Shown: positions 1-12,626 of the stretch, piece by piece | How the letters are laid out: each line of letters opens with the position of its first letter | How positions within the stretch are numbered: position 1 is the first letter of the stretch | Assembly: GCA_010015805.1 (NCBI GenBank) | Contig: ML978126.1 | Location: 1,550,001 to 1,614,000, forward strand | Source of the DNA: Rhizodiscina lignyota | Lineage: Eukaryota | DNA length: 64,000 nucleotides | Direction: 5' to 3' | The notes under the pieces: generated by a model | The model's database searches: none | Told to the model about the DNA's origin: nothing | The model's input: the letters and a program-made list of their open reading frames with translations, nothing else | Translations under genes and position numbers: made by a program

Positions 1-2
1 AG

Positions 3-683
3 AGCAGACTATACCATCTTCAATCGTACATTCTCGCCAATCTCGACACTCTCACTTCCACCTCCCCCATGCACGCCGTCTCCCTTAGCGTATTTTACTT
101 CTCCGGCGCATACTACCACCTCTCTAAGCGGCTCTTCCACCTGCGCTACATCTTCTCTCGACAAGTTGAGCCCTCGGAGCAGCGTGTGGGCTACGAAGTC
201 CTCGGCGTCCTGCTAGTCCTACAACTCGCAGTACAAGCATGGCTGCACGTTTCGAATACAGCATCCGGGCGGATTGGCAGCGTCGCGAACCCGGAGAATA
301 TGATCGGTGGGACTGCCGTGCTCGATCATGGCGTCGAAGTCTCGCTTGATCCGAATGCGTATAGCAGCAATAATGCACTGCTGCTGGACAGTCCGGAGAA
401 GCAGCCGGATGCGAACAGTTTAGAGAGGATGACGCACACGAAGGTATTACCGGCGGAGACGTATCGGTATCATTTGACGGATAACGATGTCATGGGGTGG
501 ATCAGTGGTCGGCAGGCGAGGAAGTGCACCCTGTGCTTAGAGGAGCTGAAGGATCCGAGTGTGACGACGTGTGGGCATGTCTTTTGCTGGAATTGTATTG
601 GGGACTGGGTGAGGGAGAAGCCGGAGTGTCCTCTTTGTCGACAGCATGTTTTGATTCAGCATATCCTGCCGCTTAGAGGCTGA
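3..683 (+). CDS. PEX10: Peroxin-10, peroxisomal RING E3 ligase (5' end outside window)
   Basis: Frame open from the window start. Pex2/Pex12-family segment (FYFSGAYYHLSKR...LRY; GYEVLGVLL) and C-terminal C3HC4 RING (CTLC...TTCGHVFCWNCI...ECPLCRQ...ILPLR). Confidence 0.93.
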   Translation, partial: SRLYHLQSYILANLDTLTSTSPMHAVSLSVFYFSGAYYHLSKRLFHLRYIFSRQVEPSEQRVGYEVLGVLLVLQLAVQAWLHVSNTASGRIGSVANPENMIGGTAVLDHGVEVSLDPNAYSSNNALLLDSPEKQPDANSLERMTHTKVLPAETYRYHLTDNDVMGWISGRQARKCTLCLEELKDPSVTTCGHVFCWNCIGDWVREKPECPLCRQHVLIQHILPLRG

Positions 684-879
684 TCGAGAGCCCCGGGAGC
701 GGATTGTGGCTTTAAATAGTAAATGATACCCAACGCACAATGTAATTTGGAAATGAGACGAGGCAAGAGGTTGCTTGAATGTTTTCAAGATGATATCTCT
801 CGAACCGACGCCCATGCGCCAATCTACTGATGTAGGTATCGAACATTCAAAACCGATGCATGCACGACACCAAAGATAC

Positions 880-1802
880 CTAGACCACCTGCGTTCCGTA
901 TCCCTTTATCCGGTCCGCAAACGCCCAGCTCTGGTTCTCCAGTTTCTCATCCTCTTTCAAGTCGATGCCATCCTTGGTCACCACAGCGATGCTGTACTTG
1001 TCCATGCTCCTCGCATCTCTGTAGAACAACACCTTCATGCAGTCTCGGATCGTCTGCACCGCCGTCTCCTTGTCCAGGTTCGCCACTGATGCCTCATCTG
1101 GCACCACCTTCCTCATGATGGGCTGCGCAAGATGCGCACCGAAGCCCGTTGCCAGCGAAGGGCTCGAGAAAGTCGTGCCAAGCAAGTCAACAGACGCCAG
1201 GAACGGCTTCTCGTCGTTGCCGAAGCCAGCCACCAGGATCTGATTCCACAACGGGTTAAAGTCTGAACGCCTCCGGTACATCACTTTGCTCATGTAGGTG
1301 TGCAGGTTCTTCGCGTTGAGGGATTCGAGGTTTGATGTGTCATCTGTGTCATCCGATGCAGAGGAGTAAGAGGAGTAGTTCTCGCGGATCGCGAGTGAGA
1401 GCAGCAAGCGGTCCAGATACTGCATGTCCGAGACGTCACCACCAAAGCCGAGGATCGTAGACTTGTTGAACTGGCGGAGGCGCTTCACGTCAGTGAAACG
1501 AGCAAGGGAGCCGTATGATGCTGTACATGGTCAATTAGTATCGTCTCGGAAGACAGAACGAAGGATGATACGGACCCAAGTTGTCGGTAGCAATGACAAC
1601 GCCATCCTTGAACTTGATGGCTATGACTGATGTGCCGGTGACGATAGGCTGCTGAGTGGATTGCTTTGGGCCGGATGTCTGGAAGTAGGAGTGGTCATAG
1701 GCACCGTAGACATCGTCTCTGGGCTGTCACGAGAGTTAGCTACAGCTTCGAATGGTGGGTGTTAGAAAGTACCCTTCCCCAGGCTTGGGGCAAATGATTC
1801 AT
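880..1802 (-). CDS. PRE4: 20S proteasome subunit beta 7
   Basis: Three exons (1802-1773, 1723-~1576, 1520-880) joined by GT-AG introns give [17 protein letters not shown]...[36 protein letters not shown]...[14 protein letters not shown]...[15 protein letters not shown]. Confidence 0.96.
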
Positions 1803-1927
1803 TTCGAGGCCCTCAGTCTGATGCGGAGAAGGAGGATGTCTAGTTGAAGCAGAGAGAAAGAATGCTCCAAGTATTTGTGGTTGTGTTGCTTGGAGTTGCA
1901 GTTGAAGGCGTAGCTTCTGGCTAGGCT

Positions 1928-1947
1928 GGAGCTTGACGCGAAGCTCT
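1928..1947. promoter_or_regulatory. Putative proteasome-regulon element (GGAGCTT-N6-AAGCTCT) upstream of PRE4
   Basis: Inverted GAGCTT/AAGCTC repeat about 126 nt upstream of the ATG; a similar element lies upstream of PRE7. Confidence 0.5.
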
Positions 1948-2469
1948 GGCTCTGCAGCGCGACGCGGCAAAACAGTTTCTCCGAGCTTCACTTCACTCGC
2001 CGCTCCCTAGCCAACACCACAACACCAACCTGCCATTGTCAATCAGATAATCGGGGAAAAACTTGACGAATTCTTTAATTGAGTAATGGAGTCGTATGGA
2101 CTGATGATGACTGTCCTACCTGAATGCATTTGTGAGGTTGGACATGGGCACGAAGGGCAAGCTCTGCCAAAGTCAACCCCATGGACCATCAAACGTGTAA
2201 TTACGGGCAATACTCCTTGCCGACTTCGGCCCTACGCCAAATGAATTCACCTTTGCGTCATTCACTGTGTTCGATGGCCCCTCGTGTCACGTGCGCGGTA
2301 TGTTGACAGGCGCACGCGGTGTTGACTTTTCCCACACCACCTAAAAGCCTCAGATCCTCCCTTCAATATCTCTCACAAAATATTCAAAGCCTATCACTCA
2401 GTGTTGAAGCATTCCAGCCTGTATGAAGCCTTTGGGCTTATATTAGGGAGGAAAATCCAAATCTTCAAC

Positions 2470-3111
2470 ATGGACGGTATTATGAATCCCTCCTAATGTT
2501 GTTTTGCAAAGCTAATCCACTCAGGACTTCCTCCTGGCGATCGCATATGCAAAACATGCGAGAAGAAAGAGTCGAAGATGCTCAAGCGGCGCAATCCTAA
2601 GTCCTTCATATGCTGTCCCGACTGCGGCATCGCGCTCTACTGTTCTCCTGGTTGCCGAGATCTCGACTGGCCGCTTCACGCCACGTTCTGTGACTGGCCG
2701 AACGTCGAATTCCACCTCAAACTTATACAGGATGGCATCTGGCTGCGCAGTTTGGGAACCGATGGACATCCTCATCAATGGATATATGCCCTGCTCCTGG
2801 ATTCTTATCGCTATCGCATCAAAGACGAGATGAGCTATTTCGGCAAAGTCGACCACGACTCTATCTACGGTGGCGGTATTCCGAAAATCGGCTTCGAGAA
2901 GTTTCTCATTGCGGCAGAAAAGAATATCAAGTTGCCGTTCTGGTGGACAGAGGAGATGCGCAAGAAGTGCATCAAATTTGGAGCACATAGTGGCTTGTAT
3001 CTCGAGATTACTGACGATTGGAAGTTTCGGAAGGAACTGCCAACGCTGCTCCTCATATTGGCGGAGAAGATCCTTGGGTCACCCGCAGGTGAGCAGCCAG
3101 AGGGCAATTGA
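2470..3111 (+). CDS. MYND zinc-finger domain protein
   Basis: ATG 2470 and intron ~2477-2524 (gtatt...gctaatccactcag) give CKTC...CPDC...YCSPGCRDLDWPLHATFC (MYND), followed by a C-terminal domain (LLDSYRYRIKDE...LPFWWT). Confidence 0.82.
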
Positions 3112-3618
3112 GCCAGGGCGAGGTACATGATGTAGATGAATGCACAGAGCGGGATACATGTCCATGTTGTCACCGCATACGCATATCGGTAGTCAGCGAG
3201 CCGAGAAAATTGAGAGGAACCTGGGCTAGGATAGGCTACCCGCGATACGGGGATCGGGTGCATCATGAACATGCTAGAAGAAACGCACTGCTATCCTGCT
3301 CTAAAAATCTCCCTCTAATTTGGCATCCTCTCTACGAACGCGCGTGAGCCTTCCGACCAATAACTGGCGGACGACAGAGCCTCGTGGGAGCTTCTCTGCG
3401 TGGTAACAAAGCCATCGTGTGTTCTATTCTTGGCAAGGTAGGCTAGCAGGTGGTGCCATTGTGCGGCAAATTTATTGTTCTGATGAGCACCTTGCCCTCG
3501 CACTTCTCTAACAACACCTTGAGACACACAACAAACCTTTCCAGCTCTAAAACCTCTTCCAACTTCTAAACTTTCCCTCTACCAACAGAAGAAGCTATCA
3601 TATCTTCGTTCAAGCACA

Positions 3619-4569
3619 ATGGCAGACGTCAATATTGCTGAAGCTGGCGATGTCGTCCTCGTGGTCGGCCCTGAAGCAAAACGTAAGTATTCTCTCCATC
3701 ACACAATACGTCGCCTAGAGAAGAACATCCAAGATGTTGCTTTGTTCGTCCAATGCATTTGCAAAGGAGGTCGAGTCTGCTTTGATTGCTCTACAATACT
3801 TATAATTCGAGAGTTTTTTTTCAAATTAGGAGGTGTTCACTGTTCAAAACACAGCTAACCTTATATATATCCTTCAGGCATCCGTGTCTCCTCCATCTTT
3901 CTCTCCGTAGTCTCGCCCATCTTCGACAACATGCTCAATGGCAACGGCGGCGGCATGGTCATATACCGCGGCCCCGGTCTACCAAGAGAAATCGTGATGG
4001 TGCAGGACAAACCAGAAGCTGCCGAGCTGTTCTGTTACGTCGTGCACCACATCGGACCAAGGGTCCCGCGCAAGATCCTCACGCATGAGCTCTACGACTT
4101 TTCGGCCTTCGTGCAGAAGTACCAGGCGCATATGTGCGTCGAGCACGTCGGATACTTCTGGTTGCAGGCAGCGTTGGCCGATACACCCGCGTGTTTGACG
4201 GCTAGCCTGTGGACGCTGTTCGGTGCGGCCCACTACCTAAACGATGCCGAGAACTTCAACAAGATCTCGTGCAGGTTGATAGCGGAGGCTCCACCGGTTG
4301 GTGCCGTTGCCGTCGATGTTCCCGTTAATATCCCAAGGGCCGTCGTTGGTTAGTTAGGAGCTTCTAAATCTATGATCTAATACTCTCACTGCTGTGTAGA
4401 CGATATCAACGAGATATCCCCACGACTAGCTGGCATTTCTAACGGAAGCTTGCGGATGATTCAAGGGCTCTGTCTGGACTGCGTGCAGGCTGGGGCGCCG
4501 AGGCAAGGCGGGAGTTGCAGAGTGCCGCACGAGGAGGGACATTGGATGGCGGTGTGGGGCCATGAGTGA
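3619..4569 (+). CDS. BTB/POZ domain protein, copy 1 (short C-terminal exon)
   Basis: Exons 3619-3682, 3878-4348 and 4400-4569. GDVVLVVG...RIRVSSIFLSVVSPIFDNML (BTB); ends GLCLDC...CRVPH. Confidence 0.75.
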
Positions 4570-6157
4570 AGCTGCTGAAACACTCATCAACATTGACAAT
4601 CCCCTTGGTCTATTAGCCCCCAGCGCTAGCACAGCCACTCATCATTATTGACCAAGGCTTTGATCTATCGGATCAGGGCAAGCACAAGGTTTCTCAACAG
4701 TACTGGCCAACTCCTTGATCTCTCGTACTATGGCGATCACACAGATTCCAGGCGTTTTCAAGTCGTTGCCTAGCAAGGCTTGCTTTTGTTTGTTTACTCT
4801 GCTCGATGTTTCTGCACTTCTCCGCGAGCTTGTGGCTCTAACTACTTCCGTAGTTAGACTCAGAGACTCATAATGTGTTAAAGAACGTAAAAGTTGGTAT
4901 AATTATATGAGGAGTTTGCTTGTGAAGTACCCAATCAAATTGTGTTCATTAAAGAGAACGCGATATTCGCCACGTTTTCCAATCGCTTCGATGTTACGAC
5001 CTAGTATACCGGAAAGGAAGCACTCTAAGATGGTTTCTTTTGACGAATCGTGCATCGAATCCAGATCTACCCGCATTGACTCGTGGCAGTTCATCGTGTG
5101 GCATTCCAAGTATACTTCCCTTAATGTGAAAGCCAGGCGCAGGCAAGGATGCTCCTCTTGAAACAAACTGAAGTATTTTATGGGAGCAGGGAGACCTTGT
5201 ATAGATTTGTCTACGAGTTACTGTTGATGGCAATGTGGAAAGTTGGCGAAAGACGCGTGACCCCTTACTAAATGTCGCGTGCGTGGCATGGACTTGACTC
5301 TGGGCAAACGACTTTTGTACATCCACACCTCAAGGGTCAGAATGAGGAGGGGCTGTGCAGACATCAATCATTATAGTTGTGCTTGTAATCTCACGGTCCC
5401 GTAACCAATTAGGGAATGCCCATTGGTTTTACGTATGTAGATAGGAGGCAAAAGTCTAGGGTTCGGGCTGAACGCTTCATTCTGTCTAGTCCATCACATT
5501 AAAAGCTAAAGACATGGCCTTCAGGAGAAAATAGTCAATTAAAATTCCACTAGTAATACAAACAGCTGTAGTATTTCAGCATAGCAATATTAGCTGATAA
5601 ATAATGCGATTCCAACAGAACCGCCGTTAGGAGCCGTTAATGCTCGACAGAGGCTCAGAGAAAGAAACTTCTTTAATAAATAGTCCAGTATTAGCAACAG
5701 CGTAAAACAAATATGAGTATGATGGCCCAGATGCTGATGTGGAATGATATGCTAGATTACTAGTTGAACATAACTAGTACGTCTCCAGAAGCAACTATAA
5801 TTACTAAGACGTAGTAACCCTTTTCAACACCTCTAAAGTAATACAGTGACCATAAGAAATATAAGGTCCTGTGATTAATGAGTGTATAAGAGCAATTTAC
5901 ACCGAGCTAGATCCGACAAGACTCTAGTAACGTGAAACTACAGACCACGTGAACATATGCACATATTATAACACAACGGTCACGTCATTAACTGTCAATG
6001 ACATTTTCCTTGCAAACTAAGAACCTTATATTTCTTTCCCCTGTCAACATCCACTCAGGCTGCTTCCAATTTCTTCCATTATCAACACCACCTCAAGCCA
6101 GTTCCGGTAACAATCTCTTCGACGTTCAGCACGACACAACCAATCCGCATCAAAACC

Positions 6158-7199
6158 ATGCAGGACATCGAAATTGCCCCTGAAGGAGATGTCATCCTTA
6201 TCGTCGGCGATGTCGAGAGCGAGAACGCCTGTCGCCTCCGTGTCCAGTCCGTGGTCCTTTGCGCTGCCTCTCCAGTCTTTGAGCGAATGCTCACTAGTGG
6301 CTTCTCCGAGTCTATCGGACTCGACAGCTCGAATCCTAAAGAGATTCCCCTCCCTGGAGATAATCCCGACATTGTCCAACTCTTCTGCAAGATCGCACAC
6401 TTCAAGAACACCGATGTGCCGCACTGCCCCTCCGCCGACATGTTCCTAGACTTCGCTGTCTTCGTGGACAAGTACGGATGCCAGGCTACTATGAGCTTGG
6501 TTATTACGCTGTGGTCGGCGCATGTTAAGGAACTGCACATGGTGGATGATTACACACTGCTCGTGGAGGCAAAAGATTACCAAGATGATCCGGACAACTA
6601 TAAGCGCCTGTCGAATCTCTTCATGCTGAACGTCAATCCGAGCAAGCCACCTCGGGAGCCGAAATACGAGATGGACCCACGGATCTTCGGTAAGTCCTAC
6701 TGATTAGAGCCAACCCTTCGTACTTGGAGGGGTGTAAGGCTAACAACGGCGTGCAGAGAAAATGACGAACATGGCGAGCGAAGCCCGCAGCAACCTCCGC
6801 CAGGCCATAGAAGACGCTATCTTGGACGTTCCAGCCACCACAGAAGAACGCACAAAAATACTCCAGGAGCACTTCTGCAACGTCTGCGCGACGGTTAACC
6901 CTGGCCTGCCCTTTGGCCTGCGTTTTCTCGCGGCGGCCGGCCTTTGGCCCATCTACCAGCTGCCAAGTACCGTCGGCGGGATCCTCGAGCGGATGCAGGC
7001 ACTTGATGGGATTGACTCCGACGATGATGACGTGGAGGATTGCTGTCTGTTGCGAAAGCATTTGACCGAGGGGTGGAGGAAGGCGGATATTCTCGGCGCG
7101 GCTGACCGTGCGAGGAGCACCTGCGCTGGCCTCTGCTTGGACTGCGAGCGCGCAGGCGGTTATCGTGAAGACTGCCCCGGCCGAGTTCATCATGGTTGA
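6158..7199 (+). CDS. BTB/POZ domain protein, copy 2
   Basis: Exons 6158-6689 and 6757-7199. GDVILIVG...RLRVQSVVLCAASPVFERML...EIPLPGD...VDKYGC; ends GLWP...CAGLCLDC. Confidence 0.88.
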
Positions 7200-7669
7200 T
7201 TGGGTGATTGGAGCACAATGTTGGTGGAAGAGCGAGAAAGGAGCTATAGCAGAGATAGATATGAAAGCTTGAATGAATGTCACAAAGGCTTCGAACAGCC
7301 TTTAAAAGTTGCCAAACAAATCCTCGCCTTCTCGTTGCTTTTGCTAGTGCTGAAAACAGCTATTTAGGCTTCTCTTCTTGCGGCCATAAGCGCAAAAACC
7401 TGGTACTCTGCTGTGAGCTGCTCTGTTAGACGTTCAAACCTCAACGCCAACTCCGAAGATGGAGCATATTGGATATTCGCAACGATTATAGAGCATCAGT
7501 ACGGGTGTCGTATTCAGAGCCTACTTGGCGGCGAGCCTCTGTAGCTTTTGAACTTGGAAGTTCAGAAGTTGGCGTTGATTCTACGTGGGTGTACAAGAAC
7601 TCAAAGCAGCACTACAATCCAGCTTTCTTCCATGACGGTCGGGTTCTCGGCGTGGGGTTATCTCATCAA

Positions 7670-7775
7670 TATAGCAATATGCACCGGTTTGTGTCTTAAT
7701 TGCGAGCGTGCTAACGAGCGAATGGTGGGAGGAACTTGTCGGCTCGCATATAACGGAGCCGGACAGTGCATATGT
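7670..7775 (+). pseudogene. Relic of the 3' end of a BTB/POZ paralog
   Basis: ICTGLCLNCERANERMVGGTCRLAYNGAGQC aligns without gaps to the copy-3 end ICTGLCLDCERAGARVTDGTCRIKHDENGKW. No BTB exon is visible upstream. Confidence 0.65.
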
Positions 7776-8817
7776 GCTCGAATGATATGTGATTGGATCA
7801 TCGTAGGAGGAGGGTGGAAGAGTATTCAGTATCGCAGTTTAGACGTATATACTCAACGGCAGATCTACTAAAAGTTAGCTTTTCTAATAATGAAGCTGTT
7901 CTTCGAGATTATCGTGCTTATACGTCTGCTATTGCTCTAGAGTTGCTGCATTTGAAATCTCAGCCTGTTCAGGGCCCATCAAGCAACTTCTGAAAGTGAA
8001 GGTGAGATATACAACGTGAACGGTGCTTTAGCAGGTAGTACGCTCCTGAATCAGGCAAACTACTTGGTCACTGCTATTGCGTTTAGAATTCGACCTTTCT
8101 TGCATGCCGTTTTTGTATCTCGCTAGCAGGGTTTTGTTGACATGGTACAGGAGTATTGCTGATTAGTTTTAAAATTGTAATAGGCAAGTGTGTGAGGGGG
8201 AGAGTCAGAAAGGGTAAATAGGGAGTGCATACTCTACAATCAATTGTCTTGAAGTTAGCCTCTGTATTGACGTAGCCAGCGGATTGCGTATGGCGTCGTT
8301 CCCTTTACTTGTCTTCCATTCAACAGCAGCTGCGGAGAAGAGAAGGAGATCTAGAATAAGTTATGCCACCGAGGAGACACCCGCCACACCAAAGAGAAGG
8401 AAGGGCTATTCATGATGAAAGCGCTTTTCGATCCCACTATGCTCATAATTGAATCATTTCTCCTTTGCTTTTAGATTTGATAAGGCTAGAATTTCTCATG
8501 GGCATTTGCAGTGTGCAGGCCTTTTCAAAGAATGATGCCACTGTTTGTAGTATCATTCTTGCATCCTGGACGGTCTACCAGACTGCGACAATTATACTGT
8601 CTCCTGAACACAGCTGGAAGCCTACGCAAGGCTTGGGTGGTGGACAGGCCAAAGGATGGTTAATGACATACTGTTCCACGTGGTATGTGTTAATGTTGCA
8701 TCATGGACTGACGGGTTGAGCTAGCCGTATTTGCGGCCTTGCTACCTACAGATTTTTCTCGTCCTCCCATCAACCCCTCAACACCAATTCCACAAGCAAG
8801 TCGCCACAACCACAACG

Positions 8818-9848
8818 ATGGAGTCTGAAGACATCGACACAAACGGGGATGTGATATTCGTCGTGGGCTCTCCAGGAGTCCGCTTCCGAGTTTCGTCGCA
8901 CATTGTTTCCGCCGCCTCTCCTGTATTCAAGGCGATGTTCAACGGGGTGTTCGCCGAAGGCCAAGGCCTGAGCAGGGAGAGTCCAAAGGAGATTCCTTTG
9001 CCAGAGGATGAAGTGGAGAACGTTCGACTGTTCTGTCTGATCTCCCATTTCCGGAACCTGGATATCCCAAACAGGGTCGCCGCCAAACAGCTGAGAGATT
9101 TCGCCATCTTCGTCGACAAGTACAACTGCGCTGTGACAATGTACCTGGCCATTGAGAAATGGTTTACCCTCATAGCCAGATCGGATAGTGGCGACGATCT
9201 GGCCTATCTCATCGAGGTCAGCCGAAATTTCAACGAGCCTGAATGGTTCAAGAAGACGACAATGAGCTATACCTACAAAGCCGAAACACAACAGTTTGAT
9301 GGACACCTCTTACGCACTGCTCTCTCGGACAACCTGCTCAGTAAGTTGGCCGACTATCAGGTGTGTTTCATCAGGCTTATTGATTAAGGGCAACTTGCCG
9401 ATCAAGCTCGTAGAGCTCGGGAATATCTCATCAAGACCATTGAGGAGCAGTGCTGGGTTCCGTGAACCCAGGCGCTTTAACCAATTACCATGACGCCAAT
9501 TGCCACCTTATAGACCGCGCTTTCGGCACAGTAACTCGGAGTCTTATCAAGTGGAAGCTGTGGCCTTCACAGAAACTACCGACAGCCATTGTCTCGTGCG
9601 TGTTGCTGATCTTTCAAGTCGATCAAGACGAGTGGAAAGCAACTCAGAACAGAATACGAGGTGCAAAACGTTGCAGCGAGCCCTCGTGCAATCCGGGATT
9701 GAGCTGCCTTGATGAACTATTCATCGTGGCGCCAAACGAGATGGCCCGAATCTGCACCGGCCTCTGCCTTGACTGTGAGCGCGCTGGAGCACGAGTGACG
9801 GACGGGACTTGTCGGATAAAGCATGATGAAAACGGAAAGTGGTTGTAG
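8818..9848 (+). CDS. BTB/POZ domain protein, copy 3 (possible frameshift near 9446)
   Basis: GDVIFVVG...RFRVSSHIVSAASPVFKAMF...EIPLPEDE...FVDKYNC; donor gtaagt at 9341; C-terminal KLWP...ICTGLCLDC. Confidence 0.8.
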
Positions 9849-10248
9849 CTGGAACAGTTAACACATTTCATATTGCGAGACGACTGATGCGGGATGACGG
9901 ATGAAGGAGCAATTGGCGGTATGGCTACGAGATGCGAAAATGGCTGCGATGCGCCTAGAAGTTAGCTCGCTAAACAATCAAACTGGGTCTTCAAAATAGA
10001 TCGTGCTTACGGTTTGACATCCTTTCGCTTTTCCGACTTCGCGATTTTGATCCATCACGAGGGAGCTTGAACAGCTTCAGCAAGCGCAAATTAAAGACTT
10101 AGCGTAATGGAGCGATTGAATAGGAGCATGAAAGTGATGAGGAGGAATCTAAAGGACATGGTGAACCCGATATGGTATATTGAGCCTCTAATTCACCGTA
10201 CGCCACAGCGCAATGCAAGCTATAAACCTTTGTAGCTGGTTGCAGTGA

Positions 10249-11103
10249 TTAATCCTTCTTCAGTGGCGAGTAGACCTCCTCAATCCCGTCCTTCGTGATG
10301 ATCATCATCTGCAGCCCATCGCCCACCTCAATATGTCTCTCAACCGCACTATCAAACGCATCCCTCACCAACTCTTCTACCGTATTCCTTGGCAGCAACT
10401 CCGCCTTTCTCGGCTGCAGATCATGTCCGTATCCACTCGCCGGGATGTACTGGTTCTTGTAGTTGACCTGATTATCCAAGAACGGCATGATCAAGCTCGC
10501 CGCTGCGCCTGCCGCACGACACTGCTCGCGCTCGTAGCTGCCCACAGGGTCGTAGCTGTACAGCGCACCCTTGCCCTCCTCGTCTAGTCCGCCCAAGATG
10601 GCATGCACATAGTATGGGAAGAAGCGCTTATTGTACAGGATGTGACTCAGACGCTGTGCGCACGCCGCCACGCTCATGTTCTTGCCGTGCTGGTACTTGT
10701 ACATCTTGACCACTGTGTCGAGACGCTCCTTGAGTGCGTCGCCATCTGCGGCAAAACCGACGACGGAGAGAACGATGCTGCTACCGGTGTGCTCGGGTCC
10801 CTCACCGCCGATCTTGAAGAGCTTGGGGACGTAACGCGAGTTGATGTTGTAGCCGGACGTGGAGCGGGTGTCGCCTGCAAGGATGGTAAAGTCGGCGCCG
10901 GAGATGCCTAGTGTCGAGCCACCGTTGTCGGTGTAGCTGCAAACATGTCAGATAGAGTAATATGAAGATCTATGTTTAAGGTCTTACGGGTAGAAACTGT
11001 GTTGTCTCGTGCCATCGGCGGAGATGTGTGTAGTTGGAGTTTGCTTGAAGGAGTAGCCTGGGCCGTTGTCTGCAAGCGGAGGAGCAGTGAAGACGGACGC
11101 CAT
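10249..11103 (-). CDS. PRE7: 20S proteasome subunit beta 6
   Basis: Exons 11103-10988 and 10936-10249 give ...HSFYPYTDNGGSTLGISGADFTILAGDTRS...KRFFPYYVH...SYDPVGSYERE...AVERHIEVGDGL...PLKKD. Confidence 0.96.
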
Positions 11104-11188
11104 GATGATATGAGACTTTGATATACGGCGCTGAAGAAGTGGAAAGGGAGAAGAGGTTGTTATGTGAGGCTGTGGTTGAAGCTGGTGA

Positions 11189-11225
11189 GGAGCTTGGAAG
11201 CTCTGTGGTGACGCGCCAGAGCTTG
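11189..11225. promoter_or_regulatory. Putative proteasome-regulon element upstream of PRE7, in a bidirectional promoter
   Basis: GGAGCTT-GG-AAGCTCT followed by TGACGCG and AGAGCTT, about 86 nt upstream of the ATG; matches the PRE4 element. Confidence 0.5.
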
Positions 11226-11329
11226 CCTAGCACAAGCGCAGCCGCGCGCTTAGGACACTGGCGGCGCGTCAACTCAACTTCAACACCATCGTTCTAAAGT
11301 CATTCTCCACATCAACTGACAGCCCCAAC

Positions 11330-12297
11330 ATGCTCGGGCTCACTGGCTACGGCAGCAGCGATGAAGAGCTTGGAGATGCTCCGCCACCCAAACCCAAGGC
11401 GAAGGTGAGAGCGCCAGCTGTTATATACGCTATCAAAGTCCAAGATCACTACTAATTTGGAGAACGAGCAGGGAAAGAACATTGATATTGGGGCGAAAGA
11501 GAGCGATGCATCAAGGAAAGGTGATGAGTTTCTCCAAATCATCTTTCTAAAGGACCAATTCATGCTGACGATATATCCAACTAGCACCAAACGAGGAGCC
11601 ACAAGTCCAAGCACCATCAAATGCCGACCCACCACTCCCGGAAGACACAATGCCAATTGGCCCTCAAATAGGACCCTCCGTTCCTGTAGATGCGCCTATT
11701 CAAGATGGCAATAACACTCCCTCTGCACCATTATCGCCCTACTCAGCCTCCCGCCAAGCCGTCCGCAACCTAACCCTCCCACCCGTCCCAAATTTCAACA
11801 TCCCCGATTCCCCACCAGGCTCCCCACCCCCGGGCACCAATGAGAAGTTTGCGCGCTTCCTCAATCTCAAAAAGCAAGGTATCCACTTCAATGAACGTCT
11901 CGAAAGCTCCTCCGCACTGCGTAACCCCAGCCTGTTGCCGAAACTACGTGAGTTTGCCGGGATAAACGACGAGCAGCAGTACGCTTCGTCGCTACCGGAG
12001 GATTTGGCTGTGCCGACAAAATATCCGGAGTGGGCGTATGCGGACGAGCTGAAGAGGCTGCAGCAGGATGTGCAGAAGAAGCGGCAGAAGCAACGGGATA
12101 AGATAGAATTTGTGGTTGCGTCAGGCACTCCGTCAGGTACATCGAGTCGCAATGCGACGCCAGGCGCTGGGAGGGCGAGGAGTGGTCCAAGTAGTGCGGC
12201 AGAGAGAGTGATGGCGGGGTTGGATAGAGACTCTAATGCCCCAGTGGAGAGACGTCCAGACACGGGCGCGAGGAAGTCGAGGTTTGATGTACGATGA
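11330..12297 (+). CDS. SAP30-binding protein / HCNGP-like protein
   Basis: Starts MLGLTGYGSSDEE; two introns; HCNGP domain (IPDSPPGSPPP...KFARFLNLKKQGIHFNERLESSSALRNPSLL); ends RKSRFD. Confidence 0.85.
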
Positions 12298-12626
12298 TAC
12301 CCCGGATATGTAACCTCTACTGGCAATTCAATGACCATGCATTACGCAACTCCGTGCTTCGGGTTTCTCCAGTGCTCAATATACTCAAGAGTGCCAAAAT
12401 AGTGAGCCACGACGACGGTGTCCCGATCTATTTGGATGCAGATTTTCCTCTATCAATACAGACCACTCTCGTCAAATCTGTCACTCTCTCAACCATATGC
12501 TAAATTAAGCTTCAAGCGGTGCTTCCACCCGAGGAGAAGGGCACAGCTTGCTCATACTACACCCTTTCAACAGCAACTATTGTCAGCTATTTTGTCACCC
12601 TCGACGATCGCTTTCCATTTCACCCT

